Positions 24,393 through 33,622 are shown, counted from the stretch's first letter. The stretch: DNA of 64,000 nucleotides from Pirellulales bacterium (GCA_044376405.1 JBILKZ010000001.1:24214-88213); one strand, 5' to 3'. Notes: generated by a model from the sequence alone, not told the origin. Translations and numbers: made by a program.

Positions 24393-26054
24393 TCACAACG
24401 CCATCCGCAACCCGATGTCGTCGTTGCCCTCGACCTTGTCAACGCCTGGGGCGACCGGGCCGCCGTCATCCTCGCCGTCGGGGCCGATGGAGTAGACGAG
24501 CAGCGCGTCGTCGGTCTGCTTCATGACCAGCGGCTGGTCGGCCGTGAAGGGATCGCGGGATGCAGGTGGCACCAGCTGGGCCGCCAGTTCTTCAAATGTC
24601 TCTGGCACCGCGCCCGACTCGAGCCGCTCTTTCGTCGCGGCGACGAGCGCCGAGGCGGCGCGGTGGTTGGCAACGCTGCGGGTCTGCTGGCGGAAGACGG
24701 CCCCCAGCGCCGGCACGATCATCGACGACATCATGCCCGGTGAGCGGTCTCGAGTCTGCGACTCGATGGCGTCGATGCGGTTTGTCAGTGCAGGGTAAGG
24801 CTCCGATCGGCTCGCTGCTGCCTGGTACTGCGTCATGATCGACCGGTAGCCCGCGAGGTCGGACGAGAGGAAGAAGACACGGTACGGAAGGGAGAGCGGA
24901 AGGGCACGGAGGGCGGATGGTTGTGGTTGCCCATTTCCAGCAAGGTCAATGAGATCGGGCCCGCTGCGTTGGTCGTCCGCCAGTTCCGCGAAGATGGAAA
25001 GCCCGAAGGCCTCCTCGCCGTAGAAATGGCTCGCCATGGCCGGCGGGGTTGTGACGAGATCGCGGATCTCGGGTGCGTCGAGAACCGCGAGATCGCTCTT
25101 CCGGAGCGTCGGCAGCACCTGCGCGAGCGTCTCGAGAGCCATAGTGTCGATCGCGATGCCGACCAGGTTTGAGATCAGGATCGGCTCACTCGCTGCGTGA
25201 CGTCCAATCCGCTGGATGCGGGCCACGTCGCGGAGGGCATCCTCTGCGTTGCCGTCGGCCGCCTCACGACGGGCGTCCAGCACGAGCAGGCGGGCCGCCG
25301 TGCGCAGCGATTGCATTTCGGGCAGCAGCATGTCGATGGACGGACGAGTCCAGTCACGCTGGAATCGGCAGGTGTCGCGATCGGCTGCGCGGCGAATCAA
25401 ATCGAGCGTGGCGGCATGTCTGGCGAGTGTTTCTGGCACGGTCGGATTGGCCACGTCCATCGTTGTCGCCGTGGTGAGCGGCGAGTTCACCTCCTTGATC
25501 GTGGGATCGGCGTCGAGGATCGCGAAGGCCTGCTGGTAGAGAGGAGCGGCGTTCTGCTGCTCTGGGACGACCGGCGGCATGTTGGTCTGCATCAGCTGCC
25601 CCGCCTCGAGCCGCAGGTAGGGTGCCTGTGCCGCCACGGCGTTGTCGATAATCAGAAGCGTGCCAAACGACACCGCCTTGGCTATCACGAAGGCCGCCGC
25701 CAGACCGACGACGGGCCAGCGGGCGGCCGGCGGCACGGGCTGGTCCGCGAAGGAAAATGGTGCGTACCACCGCCAGCCCAGCCCGGTCCAGGCGATCCAG
25801 ATGACGCCGATGCTCGCCGAGAGAAACGTGGTGAGCGCCGGGCCGAACCAGTTGGTCGGCAGGTGCTTCCCGAAGGCGAGAAAAGCCGTGAACCAGACGA
25901 ACGGTGCGAGTGCAACGACCGGCGGGATCACGGCCACGGCCTCGAGGAGCCGCCGCAGCCAGGGACGGTGCGTTTGCGCCGCGGCGGCCGTGCAGGCGGC
26001 TGACCAGAGCAGGCATGATGCGACGACGAACACGAAGAAAAGAAAGTGGCCCAT
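24393..26054 (-). CDS. polytopic membrane protein, unknown function
   Basis: 553 aa with about 5 N-terminal hydrophobic helices and then a large soluble domain. The start overlaps the stop of the upstream anti-sigma-like gene. Confidence 0.6.
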   Translation of the reverse strand: MGHFLFFVFVVASCLLWSAACTAAAAQTHRPWLRRLLEAVAVIPPVVALAPFVWFTAFLAFGKHLPTNWFGPALTTFLSASIGVIWIAWTGLGWRWYAPFSFADQPVPPAARWPVVGLAAAFVIAKAVSFGTLLIIDNAVAAQAPYLRLEAGQLMQTNMPPVVPEQQNAAPLYQQAFAILDADPTIKEVNSPLTTATTMDVANPTVPETLARHAATLDLIRRAADRDTCRFQRDWTRPSIDMLLPEMQSLRTAARLLVLDARREAADGNAEDALRDVARIQRIGRHAASEPILISNLVGIAIDTMALETLAQVLPTLRKSDLAVLDAPEIRDLVTTPPAMASHFYGEEAFGLSIFAELADDQRSGPDLIDLAGNGQPQPSALRALPLSLPYRVFFLSSDLAGYRSIMTQYQAAASRSEPYPALTNRIDAIESQTRDRSPGMMSSMIVPALGAVFRQQTRSVANHRAASALVAATKERLESGAVPETFEELAAQLVPPASRDPFTADQPLVMKQTDDALLVYSIGPDGEDDGGPVAPGVDKVEGNDDIGLRMAL

Positions 26055-26515
26055 CAGAGATCCCCCTGCAGGAAAGAGCGAGTATCGAGCACATGGAGTG
26101 TATTGCGGTGACGCGGGATGAGAGTGTCGTACGGCAGGCCGCCGGCCACCTGCACGGCGGGCGGGGGCATGACATCGAGCGTGATACCGGCCGCCTCGGC
26201 CCGCTGGGCGAACGAGAGCAGCGGTCGCTCAGTGGCGGCGCTGACAGAGCGCGAAGCGGCGTCACTCGACAGGATCGCGGCGATCAGCAACGACAGGGAC
26301 GTGCCCATCAAAAAGGTGACAGCCACCAAATCTGCGTATTCTGGGGAATGTCGTTGCGCAGCTTTCCCAGATTTGGTGGCTGGCACCATTTTCGGGAGCA
26401 CGTCGTCGACGGCCGTGAGCACCCGGGATCGTAGGGCGGGAGGCGGTGCCTGCCGCGTGCGATCATGCAGCAGCTTCTCGACGGCTGACGTGTCACGGTC
26501 GAATGGAGAGGTCAT
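26054..26515 (-). CDS. putative anti-sigma factor (single-pass membrane protein)
   Basis: 153 aa, located immediately downstream of and overlapping the ECF sigma gene. One TM helix (VAVTFLMGTSLSLLIAAIL). It contains palindromic element family 3 in frame. Confidence 0.5.
   Translation of the reverse strand: MTSPFDRDTSAVEKLLHDRTRQAPPPALRSRVLTAVDDVLPKMVPATKSGKAAQRHSPEYADLVAVTFLMGTSLSLLIAAILSSDAASRSVSAATERPLLSFAQRAEAAGITLDVMPPPAVQVAGGLPYDTLIPRHRNTLHVLDTRSFLQGDL
26309..26393 (-). repeat. palindromic element family 3, copy B (inside CDS)
   Basis: Arms CAAAAAGGTGACAGCCACCAAAT (26309-26331) and ATTTGGTGGCTGGCACCATTTTC (26371-26393). The spacer is related to copy A when read on the minus strand (GG[A/C]AAGCTGCG). 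Confidence 0.85.
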
Positions 26516-27093
26516 CGGACGGACTCCGGATGGGTGAGCGTGGCACGAATGTTTTCAATCGCATAGCGGTAGCGGCTGGCGGCGGTATTGATGCTCGTGC
26601 CGATGACGGCCGCGATCTCCACGAAGGTAAGGCCACCGTCGATTTTGAGTGCGAGCACCTCCCGCTGGGCTGGCGGCAATCCTGCCACTGCTGCGGTCAA
26701 CGCATCGTCGGGCGGTTCTGCCGGCTGCATGGTGAACCCGCCTGCCTCGACACGCCGCCTCGCGACGGTATCAATCGCCCGCCGGTCCACGTCCCGCCGC
26801 CGCCGTCGCCGGCTGACCGCATGACGCAGCATCGTGAAGATGTAGGCGTCGAGGTCGGTGATCCGGGCGAGCCGGTCGCGACAGCGGGCCAGCTCCACGA
26901 ACAGGTCGTGCACGATGTCTTCGGCGTCTGGCAGGGAATCGGTCATGGTGCGAGCGGTGTTGAAGAGGCGGACGGCGAGCCGGTCGTAGAGGGCCGCGAA
27001 GGCCTCCGGATCCCCGGCAGCCAGCTGTTCTCCAATCGTTGTGGGCGTTTTGGCCACCCTTCTCTCTCCGCCAGTCGGTGCAGTTATGTCCAA
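26512..27093 (-). CDS. RNA polymerase ECF-type sigma-70 factor
   Basis: Region 2 (DAEDIVHDLFVELAR...DAYIFTMLRHAV) and region 4 HTH (LPPAQREVLALKIDGGLTFVEIAAVIGTSINTAASRYRYAIENI). Confidence 0.85.
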   Translation of the reverse strand: MDITAPTGGERRVAKTPTTIGEQLAAGDPEAFAALYDRLAVRLFNTARTMTDSLPDAEDIVHDLFVELARCRDRLARITDLDAYIFTMLRHAVSRRRRRRDVDRRAIDTVARRRVEAGGFTMQPAEPPDDALTAAVAGLPPAQREVLALKIDGGLTFVEIAAVIGTSINTAASRYRYAIENIRATLTHPESVR

Positions 27094-27225
27094 GGGGCCG
27101 TGAGGCGGGCTTTTTTGTCTGCCTTCATTGCTGGGGCGGGAAGATATCGCTTCCGCGACCGGAAGCGTCTATTCTTGTAGTGCAGCGAATCTCCATTGTG
27201 CCCTCGAAAACAGTCGCAGGAAACT

Positions 27226-28983
27226 ATGTCAGACGAGACGCCCACGACAGCCGCCCCCGCCGCCAAGCCCACTGCCGTGGAGCTGGTCAAGACAGCCAGC
27301 AACTTTCTGGCCGGCGACATTGCCAAGGAACTCGTCGACGGAGCCCCGGGATTCGGCAAGCCGAGTATCCAGCTGCTCAAGAACCACGGCACCTACCAGC
27401 AAGACGACCGCGAGCAGCGGAAGGCCAAGGAGGGAGCCAAGAGCGTCCGCGAGATCTCGTTCATGATCCGGACGTGCGTGCCGGGCGGCAAGCTCACGGC
27501 CGACCAGCTGCTCGCGGCGATCGATCTCGGCGACGAGGTGGGCAACGGCACGATCCGGCTCACCACGCGGCAGTCGATCCAGCATCACGGCGTGGTGAAG
27601 GGGGACTTGAAGCCATTCATGCAGCGGGTCCACGACATCCAGATGACCACGCTCGCCGCCTGCGGCGACGTGGAGCGAAACATCATGTGCTGCCCGGCCC
27701 CGATCCACAATCATCCCGTCCGCGCCGAGATGCAGGCGACGCTCGACAAACTCGCCAAGCACCTCGCCCCGCGGACACGGGCCTACTACGAGATCTGGCT
27801 CACCGATCCCGACACGGGCGAGAAGACGCTCGCGGGCGGCACGTCGGGGGACAAGGACGTGGAGCCCATTTATGGCCCGACCTACCTGCCGCGGAAGTTC
27901 AAGACGGCGTTCGCCCTGCCCGAAGACAACTGCACCGACGTCTATGCCAATGACATGGGCTTTCTCGTCGTCCATGAGAACGGAAAAATCCTGGGCTACA
28001 ACGTGCTCGCCGGCGGCGGCATGGGCGTGACGCCGAGCGCTGCAAAAACCTTTCCGGCGCTCGCCAAGCGACTCGGCTTCGTTCCCCCGGAGGACGTACT
28101 GGCCATCGCGGAGGCGATCGTGAAGGTGCAGCGCGATTACGGCAACCGCACCGACCGCAAGACGGCCCGACTCAAGTACACGATCCACAACATGGGGCTC
28201 GACGCCTTCCGGAAGAAGGTCGAAGAATACTTCGGCAAGCCGCTCGCCCCTTGCCACCCTGCCGACGTGCACGGCTTCGACGACCACATCGGCTGGTTTG
28301 AGCAGGGCGACGGGAAGTATTTCTATGGACTCAATGTCGAGAATGGCCGTATCCACGACACCGGTGACTTCCGGCTCAAGACGGCGCTGCGTCGGATCCT
28401 CAAGGACATCAAGCCTGGCATGCGGATCACGGCCCACCAGAGCCTGCTCTTCACCGATCTGGCGATCACCGACCGGGAGCGGATCGCGAAGATCCTCCAC
28501 GACCATGGCGTGAAGATCTCCGAAGAGATCTCCACGCTCCGTCGCTGGAGCATGGCCTGCGTGGCGCTGCCCACCTGCGGCCTCGCCGTGGCCGAGAGCG
28601 AGCGGGTGCTGCCCGGGCTCATCGACTCGCTCGAGCCGGAGGTGGCGAAACTCGGCCTCTCGCACGACGCCTTCACGGTTCGCATGACCGGCTGCCCCAA
28701 CGCCTGCGCCCGGCCCTACAACTCCGACATCGGCATCGTGGGGCGGACACTCGGGAAGTACACGCTGTTTATCGGCGGCCGGTTGCTCGGCGACCGGCTC
28801 AACACGCAGTACAAGGACGTCGTGCCCTTCGAACATCTCTCACGGGAGATCACGGCGGTACTCGCCTGCTACAAGGCGGAGCGACACTCAGGTGAGACGC
28901 TCGGCGACTTCTGCCACCGCAAGGGCGTGGACGGCGTCCGCACCTGGGCCGACGAATGGCTCGCCGGCGCCCGCGGGGCGTGA
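27226..28983 (+). CDS. cysI: assimilatory sulfite reductase hemoprotein (CysI/Sir family)
   Basis: ATG 27226 (the track ORF starts at TTG 27196). LLKNHGTYQQDDRE, IRLTTRQSIQHHGV, and the siroheme/4Fe-4S Cys cluster ACVALPTCGLA...MTGCPNACARP. Confidence 0.88.
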   Translation: MSDETPTTAAPAAKPTAVELVKTASNFLAGDIAKELVDGAPGFGKPSIQLLKNHGTYQQDDREQRKAKEGAKSVREISFMIRTCVPGGKLTADQLLAAIDLGDEVGNGTIRLTTRQSIQHHGVVKGDLKPFMQRVHDIQMTTLAACGDVERNIMCCPAPIHNHPVRAEMQATLDKLAKHLAPRTRAYYEIWLTDPDTGEKTLAGGTSGDKDVEPIYGPTYLPRKFKTAFALPEDNCTDVYANDMGFLVVHENGKILGYNVLAGGGMGVTPSAAKTFPALAKRLGFVPPEDVLAIAEAIVKVQRDYGNRTDRKTARLKYTIHNMGLDAFRKKVEEYFGKPLAPCHPADVHGFDDHIGWFEQGDGKYFYGLNVENGRIHDTGDFRLKTALRRILKDIKPGMRITAHQSLLFTDLAITDRERIAKILHDHGVKISEEISTLRRWSMACVALPTCGLAVAESERVLPGLIDSLEPEVAKLGLSHDAFTVRMTGCPNACARPYNSDIGIVGRTLGKYTLFIGGRLLGDRLNTQYKDVVPFEHLSREITAVLACYKAERHSGETLGDFCHRKGVDGVRTWADEWLAGARGA

Positions 28984-28989
28984 TTCCGA

Positions 28990-29061
28990 GATCCCGTCGC
29001 TTGCGCTCAGGGCTTGTATGCGGAGAGTCGCATACAAGCCCCCGGCGTGAGCCGGGGGATC
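28990..29061 (+). repeat. double-hairpin REP-like element, family 1 (archetype)
   Basis: GATCCCGTCGCTTGCGCTCAGGGCTTGTATGC-GGAGAGTC-GCATACAAGCC-CCCCGGC-GTGA-GCCGGGGGATC. It forms an 11-bp hairpin and an 8-bp hairpin with a GTGA loop, and starts 7 nt after the cysI stop. Confidence 0.85.
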
Positions 29062-29136
29062 GAGCGTCACAGGATCGGCGTAATACCCGAACCGTCGCGT
29101 TCGCTTTTGCGCGGCATGCAACAACCCGGCAGCCAC

Positions 29137-30987
29137 CTACGCCGGCAGGTCGTCCCACATCGGACACCACAGCGGCACCCGCGGGAAGAGCTGCATCGCC
29201 AGCTTTTCGGCCACCTGCGTCGAAGCTTGGAGCCGGCCGGCGGCCGCTGCCTCGATGGGGTCAGACTGACCCAGCAGCAGCCGCGACAGTTCCTCGTCGG
29301 AGAGCTTCAAATAGCTGCGGCCTGAGCGGCCGGCATGGACGGTCGCATTGCCGTTGGCGACGATGATCGAACCGCGGAAGCCCGGAGCATCAAGGCCGAG
29401 TTCGACCGTTTCGCGGATGCCCGCGGCCACCACACGGGCGGCCACGGCCGACGCGGTCGCGGTGAGCAACTCGAGCGGCTTGAATACCTTCGCGACGATC
29501 ATCCGGTCGTTGGCCGACACGAGACTCTCGCCACCGGCAACGGCCTGATGGAGCGGATCGGCGGCGCTCGACTCGTAGACGATCTCCTGCCGGTCGTTCT
29601 CGATGGCCTCGGCGCAGACGCGGGACAGGATCTCACGCTCGAGCCCGGGAAACTCCGGGTCGGCGAACAGCTCCATCACGCGATTGCCCGACTGTACGCA
29701 ATAGCCCACGATGCGGGCCGTCGTCTCATGGAGGTCATAGCGATCCTGTCCCATCAGCGCGACGATGATCGAGTCAAACGCTCCACGGCTCACCAGCCAC
29801 CGCGAATACGCCTCGCTGCGGTCGAGCGGCCCGACGAATCGGGCGGCGTTCTGCGTGTAGATTCGCAGAATCGCCGGCAATTCGACATGCCGCCACTGCC
29901 GCATCGTCACCGGCTCGCCGTCACGCTTCGGACCTTCCAGCAGCCGTGACAGGATGGCCGTGGGGCGGCCCGGCGTCGCGCAATCTCGGCCGAGCACACT
30001 CCAGCCGAGTTCGTGGAACGACGGCGCGATCCGAGTGCGTGAGAATGCGACTGCTGCGCCCATCTGGCGCATGCGTTCCTCGGCGGCACGAACGAGCCGC
30101 TGGCCGTGTCCGGCACCACGGCACTCGGGCAGCACGGCGACACGGTCGAGCACCGCTGCCGGCACGGTGCCGCCACCGACCCGCATGCTCCGTGGAACGA
30201 TCTCGACGTGGCCGACGATGCGGCCGGCAAGTCGGGCCACGAGCCGATTGGCCGAATCATGGTCGGGGTGATCAACGGCAGCGTGAAACTCGGCCTTGGA
30301 CGGCGGAGAAGGCAGGCCCGAAAGAAGTTGAAGGATCTCTGCCTGGTCTCCCGCGCGGGCGGGCGCCACATGGCATTCCTCGAGCATCCACGCCGGCGGC
30401 TTCAGCTGGACGACCGGCTGGTGCGGCAGGTGCAGGATGGCCGGCCGCTTGGTCAGCGGCCGACGGCTTACCACCGTGCCCGCCGGCCGAACCTCGACCG
30501 CATGGACGGTCATCGCATCGAGGGAAACATCGCCCTTGGCGTCGTGGTCCCGCTCGTGGCTGTCGTTGCGCCGGGCAGGAGCCTTGGCAACACCGGGCCG
30601 GCGGGGCGACTTGGCGGGGGCAGATGATGAGGACCTGTCCAGCGTGACGTTCGCGGCTTTTGCCACGGTTTTATCCGTGCCGGTGGCCAGTCGGAGCGAG
30701 GCCGACTGCTGCACGTCGGCCGACTTAAATCGCGTCGGCTGGGTGGTGGCCACCGTGCCGGTGCGAATCTTCAGCCGGGGCTTTGGCTTGGGGCGACGCG
30801 AGGCGACGGCCGTCGACCTCACGGCTGAGCGGGAGGACTGCCTGGGCGTCGAACGGGAAGGACGTGTGCCGACAGCAAATCGAGCACGTCTTGCGGTCAC
30901 CCCTCTTGCGCGACCACCTCTTGCTCCATTGAGTGTGCAAGCTTTTCGTACGAGCCGAATACGACAGGACGCTCTGCTACAAGACAT
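29137..30987 (-). CDS. Eis-like GNAT acetyltransferase (GNAT + SCP2-like C-terminus) with a long basic N-terminal extension
   Basis: GNAT core (IVGHVEIVPRSM...VAVLPECRGAGHGQRLVRAAEERM) and C-terminal SYLKLSDEELSRLLLGQSDPIEAAAAGRL. The true start is uncertain: ATG 30987, ATG 30513, ATG 30387 or an internal GTG. Codons from about 30820 downward look GC3-rich and coding. Confidence 0.7.
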   Translation of the reverse strand: MSCSRASCRIRLVRKACTLNGARGGRARGVTARRARFAVGTRPSRSTPRQSSRSAVRSTAVASRRPKPKPRLKIRTGTVATTQPTRFKSADVQQSASLRLATGTDKTVAKAANVTLDRSSSSAPAKSPRRPGVAKAPARRNDSHERDHDAKGDVSLDAMTVHAVEVRPAGTVVSRRPLTKRPAILHLPHQPVVQLKPPAWMLEECHVAPARAGDQAEILQLLSGLPSPPSKAEFHAAVDHPDHDSANRLVARLAGRIVGHVEIVPRSMRVGGGTVPAAVLDRVAVLPECRGAGHGQRLVRAAEERMRQMGAAVAFSRTRIAPSFHELGWSVLGRDCATPGRPTAILSRLLEGPKRDGEPVTMRQWRHVELPAILRIYTQNAARFVGPLDRSEAYSRWLVSRGAFDSIIVALMGQDRYDLHETTARIVGYCVQSGNRVMELFADPEFPGLEREILSRVCAEAIENDRQEIVYESSAADPLHQAVAGGESLVSANDRMIVAKVFKPLELLTATASAVAARVVAAGIRETVELGLDAPGFRGSIIVANGNATVHAGRSGRSYLKLSDEELSRLLLGQSDPIEAAAAGRLQASTQVAEKLAMQLFPRVPLWCPMWDDLPA

Positions 30988-31050
30988 CGTGCCTCCTCTC
31001 CCTGGGGCGTCATGAAAACCAATCCGTTGCCCTTCAGGATATGCGGCGAT

Positions 31051-32742
31051 TCATCCCATTTCCAGTAGCAGGAAGGATTTGAGCGCGTTTTCCGAAAAAA
31101 AACACCAGGGATATTCCCGCGATCGCAGCACCTTGCGGGCTCGTACGGCGGTCGCCAGTGGCCCGGCGCGGTCGAGCATCCGGTTGCGCAACGACTGCGT
31201 GTGGAATGCCATGCGGTCGTTGGCCGAGCGAATCTCGCGGCAGCGACGCTTCGCGAGCGTTGGTGTGGGATGCGTATCGATCCAGCGTTGCTTGTGTTGG
31301 ATCAACTCGCGCACCTGTTCGGGCTGCGCGTCGTGTGGAGCGAGGTGGCGTTCCGGATGAAATTCCAGATCGCGGATCTGGCGGTGCAGGGCCGCAAGCT
31401 CCGCGGCCGGATCGTCGGTCGCGAATCCTGGAAACAATTGGTCGACCGGAAGTCGCAGCGTGCCGGTGACCACGGCGTGACGGGGCGGATCGCAGCCTGT
31501 GAGCCGACGGACAATGTCGTCGGTGAGCAGATCGTAGGCCGCACCACCCACGCCGTGCACGAAAACGTCGGCCACGATCATGCGGGCCACGAGCGTCGTG
31601 AGGATGGCCCGCGGCCGGAGCCGCAGGGAATGTTCCTCCATGCGGGAGAGGGCATCCACCCAGCGCGAGGGTGTGGTATCGGGTGAGATCGGCAGCTCCA
31701 CCCGCAGTGTCTCCATGTCGGAGAGCACGAGCGTGCCGGGCGTGCCGGTGTTGGCAAAGACCCTCCGCCGCCGCGGGTCGTCCCGCGACCAGATCCACCA
31801 GGGCACTTCCAGCCAAGGATCGGACGATGTGTCGTCGAACCGCACGGCGAGATCGGGCATGGGGCGGGCGCGACCGCGGACACGATGCCGGCGACGGTGG
31901 TCGGCGAGCGCCGCGTTGTAGGCCTCGTGCAACGGCGCGGCATGGGCGAGCAGCCATCCCATGAACACCATCACCGTCGGCAGGCGGACCAGTTCGCTGA
32001 CGGGGAGTTCGAGTGTTTCTAGACCCAGACGCGCCTCAAACATGTGCCGCGCCTGCGCGATGGCGAGGCCGAGCCGATGCGACTCACTGGCCCGCTCCAC
32101 CACCAGCGGCCACCATCGTCGTAGGATCGCGTCGGGCTCCAGCGGCTTGAGGAGACGATCGGCGCGGCTGCCGAACGACGCGAAGCAGTCGGCATCGATG
32201 ATGCCGCGTTCCTCCCACGCCATCTCCGGCGCGGGACCGTCGAAGGCGACCTGTTCGAGATGCGCCTCGCGCGGCGAGCCCACGGGCACGCCGACGCTCG
32301 TCGATGCACAGCGGTCGGTGTCGACAACCAGGTTGATCGCGGTGCCGCCCAGTCGCCGTGCGTAGGCGTCGATCGCAAAGTTCTTCAGCCACACGCCGGG
32401 GTGAAACAGTTCCGGTTGATGGCCGCCCATCACGATCGGCCGCGCGATCCAGTCGGCAACGTCGGTGGGCCGGTCGACGTCGCGATAGCTGGCGGTGTAT
32501 TCGGTAGCGACGGTGAGCACCTCGCGCCGCGTTGCGGCCACCAGTTCCCACAGTTTCAGGTCGCCGATCCGGGTGTCGAAGGCCGCGCGGAGCAGGCGGT
32601 TGTTGTCGACGAGGGCCTCGATCGAAGGCCCCGGCGCGTCGGGAGCCGCTTCGAGCGGTGGATCGAGGAGACGACCGCCCGATTCCTGCGGCGGTGCATG
32701 AACGCGGCGACGGGACGGCGGCGGGCCGGAGGATGGATGCAT
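31051..32742 (-). CDS. conserved hypothetical protein (weak BshC-like N-terminal motif)
   Basis: 563 aa. IVMGGHQPELFHPGVWLKNF...INLVVDTD is reminiscent of the GGQQxGLxxGPxY...EDHD region of BshC-family proteins. The call is unverified. Confidence 0.55.
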   Translation of the reverse strand: MHPSSGPPPSRRRVHAPPQESGGRLLDPPLEAAPDAPGPSIEALVDNNRLLRAAFDTRIGDLKLWELVAATRREVLTVATEYTASYRDVDRPTDVADWIARPIVMGGHQPELFHPGVWLKNFAIDAYARRLGGTAINLVVDTDRCASTSVGVPVGSPREAHLEQVAFDGPAPEMAWEERGIIDADCFASFGSRADRLLKPLEPDAILRRWWPLVVERASESHRLGLAIAQARHMFEARLGLETLELPVSELVRLPTVMVFMGWLLAHAAPLHEAYNAALADHRRRHRVRGRARPMPDLAVRFDDTSSDPWLEVPWWIWSRDDPRRRRVFANTGTPGTLVLSDMETLRVELPISPDTTPSRWVDALSRMEEHSLRLRPRAILTTLVARMIVADVFVHGVGGAAYDLLTDDIVRRLTGCDPPRHAVVTGTLRLPVDQLFPGFATDDPAAELAALHRQIRDLEFHPERHLAPHDAQPEQVRELIQHKQRWIDTHPTPTLAKRRCREIRSANDRMAFHTQSLRNRMLDRAGPLATAVRARKVLRSREYPWCFFSENALKSFLLLEMG

Positions 32743-32745
32743 GGA

Positions 32746-33498
32746 CTACATGGCAGTGCCGGGGACTGCTGCCGCGACGGCGGCTTCCGCACGATCGAGC
32801 ACGCTGCGGTAGTAGGCCAGACGGGTTGCCGCGTCGTCCAGTGCGCCGCCAAAACTCCGCGCCAAATCGAGGTAGACCAGCGGCACGGGGAGTTCGACGA
32901 TCCTCAAGGATGCCGCCGCCGCCTGCACCCACACCTCCAGCGGCATCGCATAGCCGGTCTCAGTGATGTGGAGCTGCTCGAGGCCACGGCGGGAGTAGGC
33001 CTTGAAGCCGCAGAAGGCGTCGGTGAGGTCGAGGCCCAGCCGCGTGTTGATGTCGGCCGTGATCTCCGCATTGATGCGGCGTCGGGCGGCGGGCGGCTCA
33101 CTGGCACCCGGGAACCGCTGCAAGTAGCGGCTGCCGCTGACGATGTCGGCGGCGGGCCGGCCCGCGGATGCCGTCGTGGCGGCGGCGATGAATGCCGGGA
33201 TCAGCTGTGGCTGGTGCTGGCCGTCGCAGTCGATCGTGACGAGCCCGTCCCACTCTCCGGCGAGCGTCTCGCGGAATGCGGTGGCAAGCGCCGCTCCATA
33301 TCCCTGGTTTCGCGGATGACGCACGATGCGGATGTCGCCACGCTCTTCGACACGCGCTGCCAGCAGCGGCGACGTGCCGTCGGTCGATCCATCATCCACG
33401 ACGAGGACGTCGGTCGTGAACCGCAGCACTTCGTCGAGCACCGCCGACACGTGGGCCACTTCGTTGTAGACGGGCAGGGCAGTCAGGAATCGGGGCAT
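32746..33498 (-). CDS. glycosyltransferase family 2 (DPM1-like)
   Basis: ATG 33498 (MPRFLTALPVYNEVAHV). VVDDGSTDGT, NQGYGAAL and DCDGQHQP are GT2 hallmarks. Confidence 0.85.
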   Translation of the reverse strand: MPRFLTALPVYNEVAHVSAVLDEVLRFTTDVLVVDDGSTDGTSPLLAARVEERGDIRIVRHPRNQGYGAALATAFRETLAGEWDGLVTIDCDGQHQPQLIPAFIAAATTASAGRPAADIVSGSRYLQRFPGASEPPAARRRINAEITADINTRLGLDLTDAFCGFKAYSRRGLEQLHITETGYAMPLEVWVQAAAASLRIVELPVPLVYLDLARSFGGALDDAATRLAYYRSVLDRAEAAVAAAVPGTAM

Positions 33499-33622
33499 GG
33501 AACCGCCTTTTCCGGCAGGGGGATGCGCGCAGGGCAATCCCCCAAGTGTAGCGCCGGAAAACTGCGGAGCAATTTTTATTTCCGTCGCCGGTTTCAGGAA
33601 CTTGCTTCAGGAATAAGCGGCT

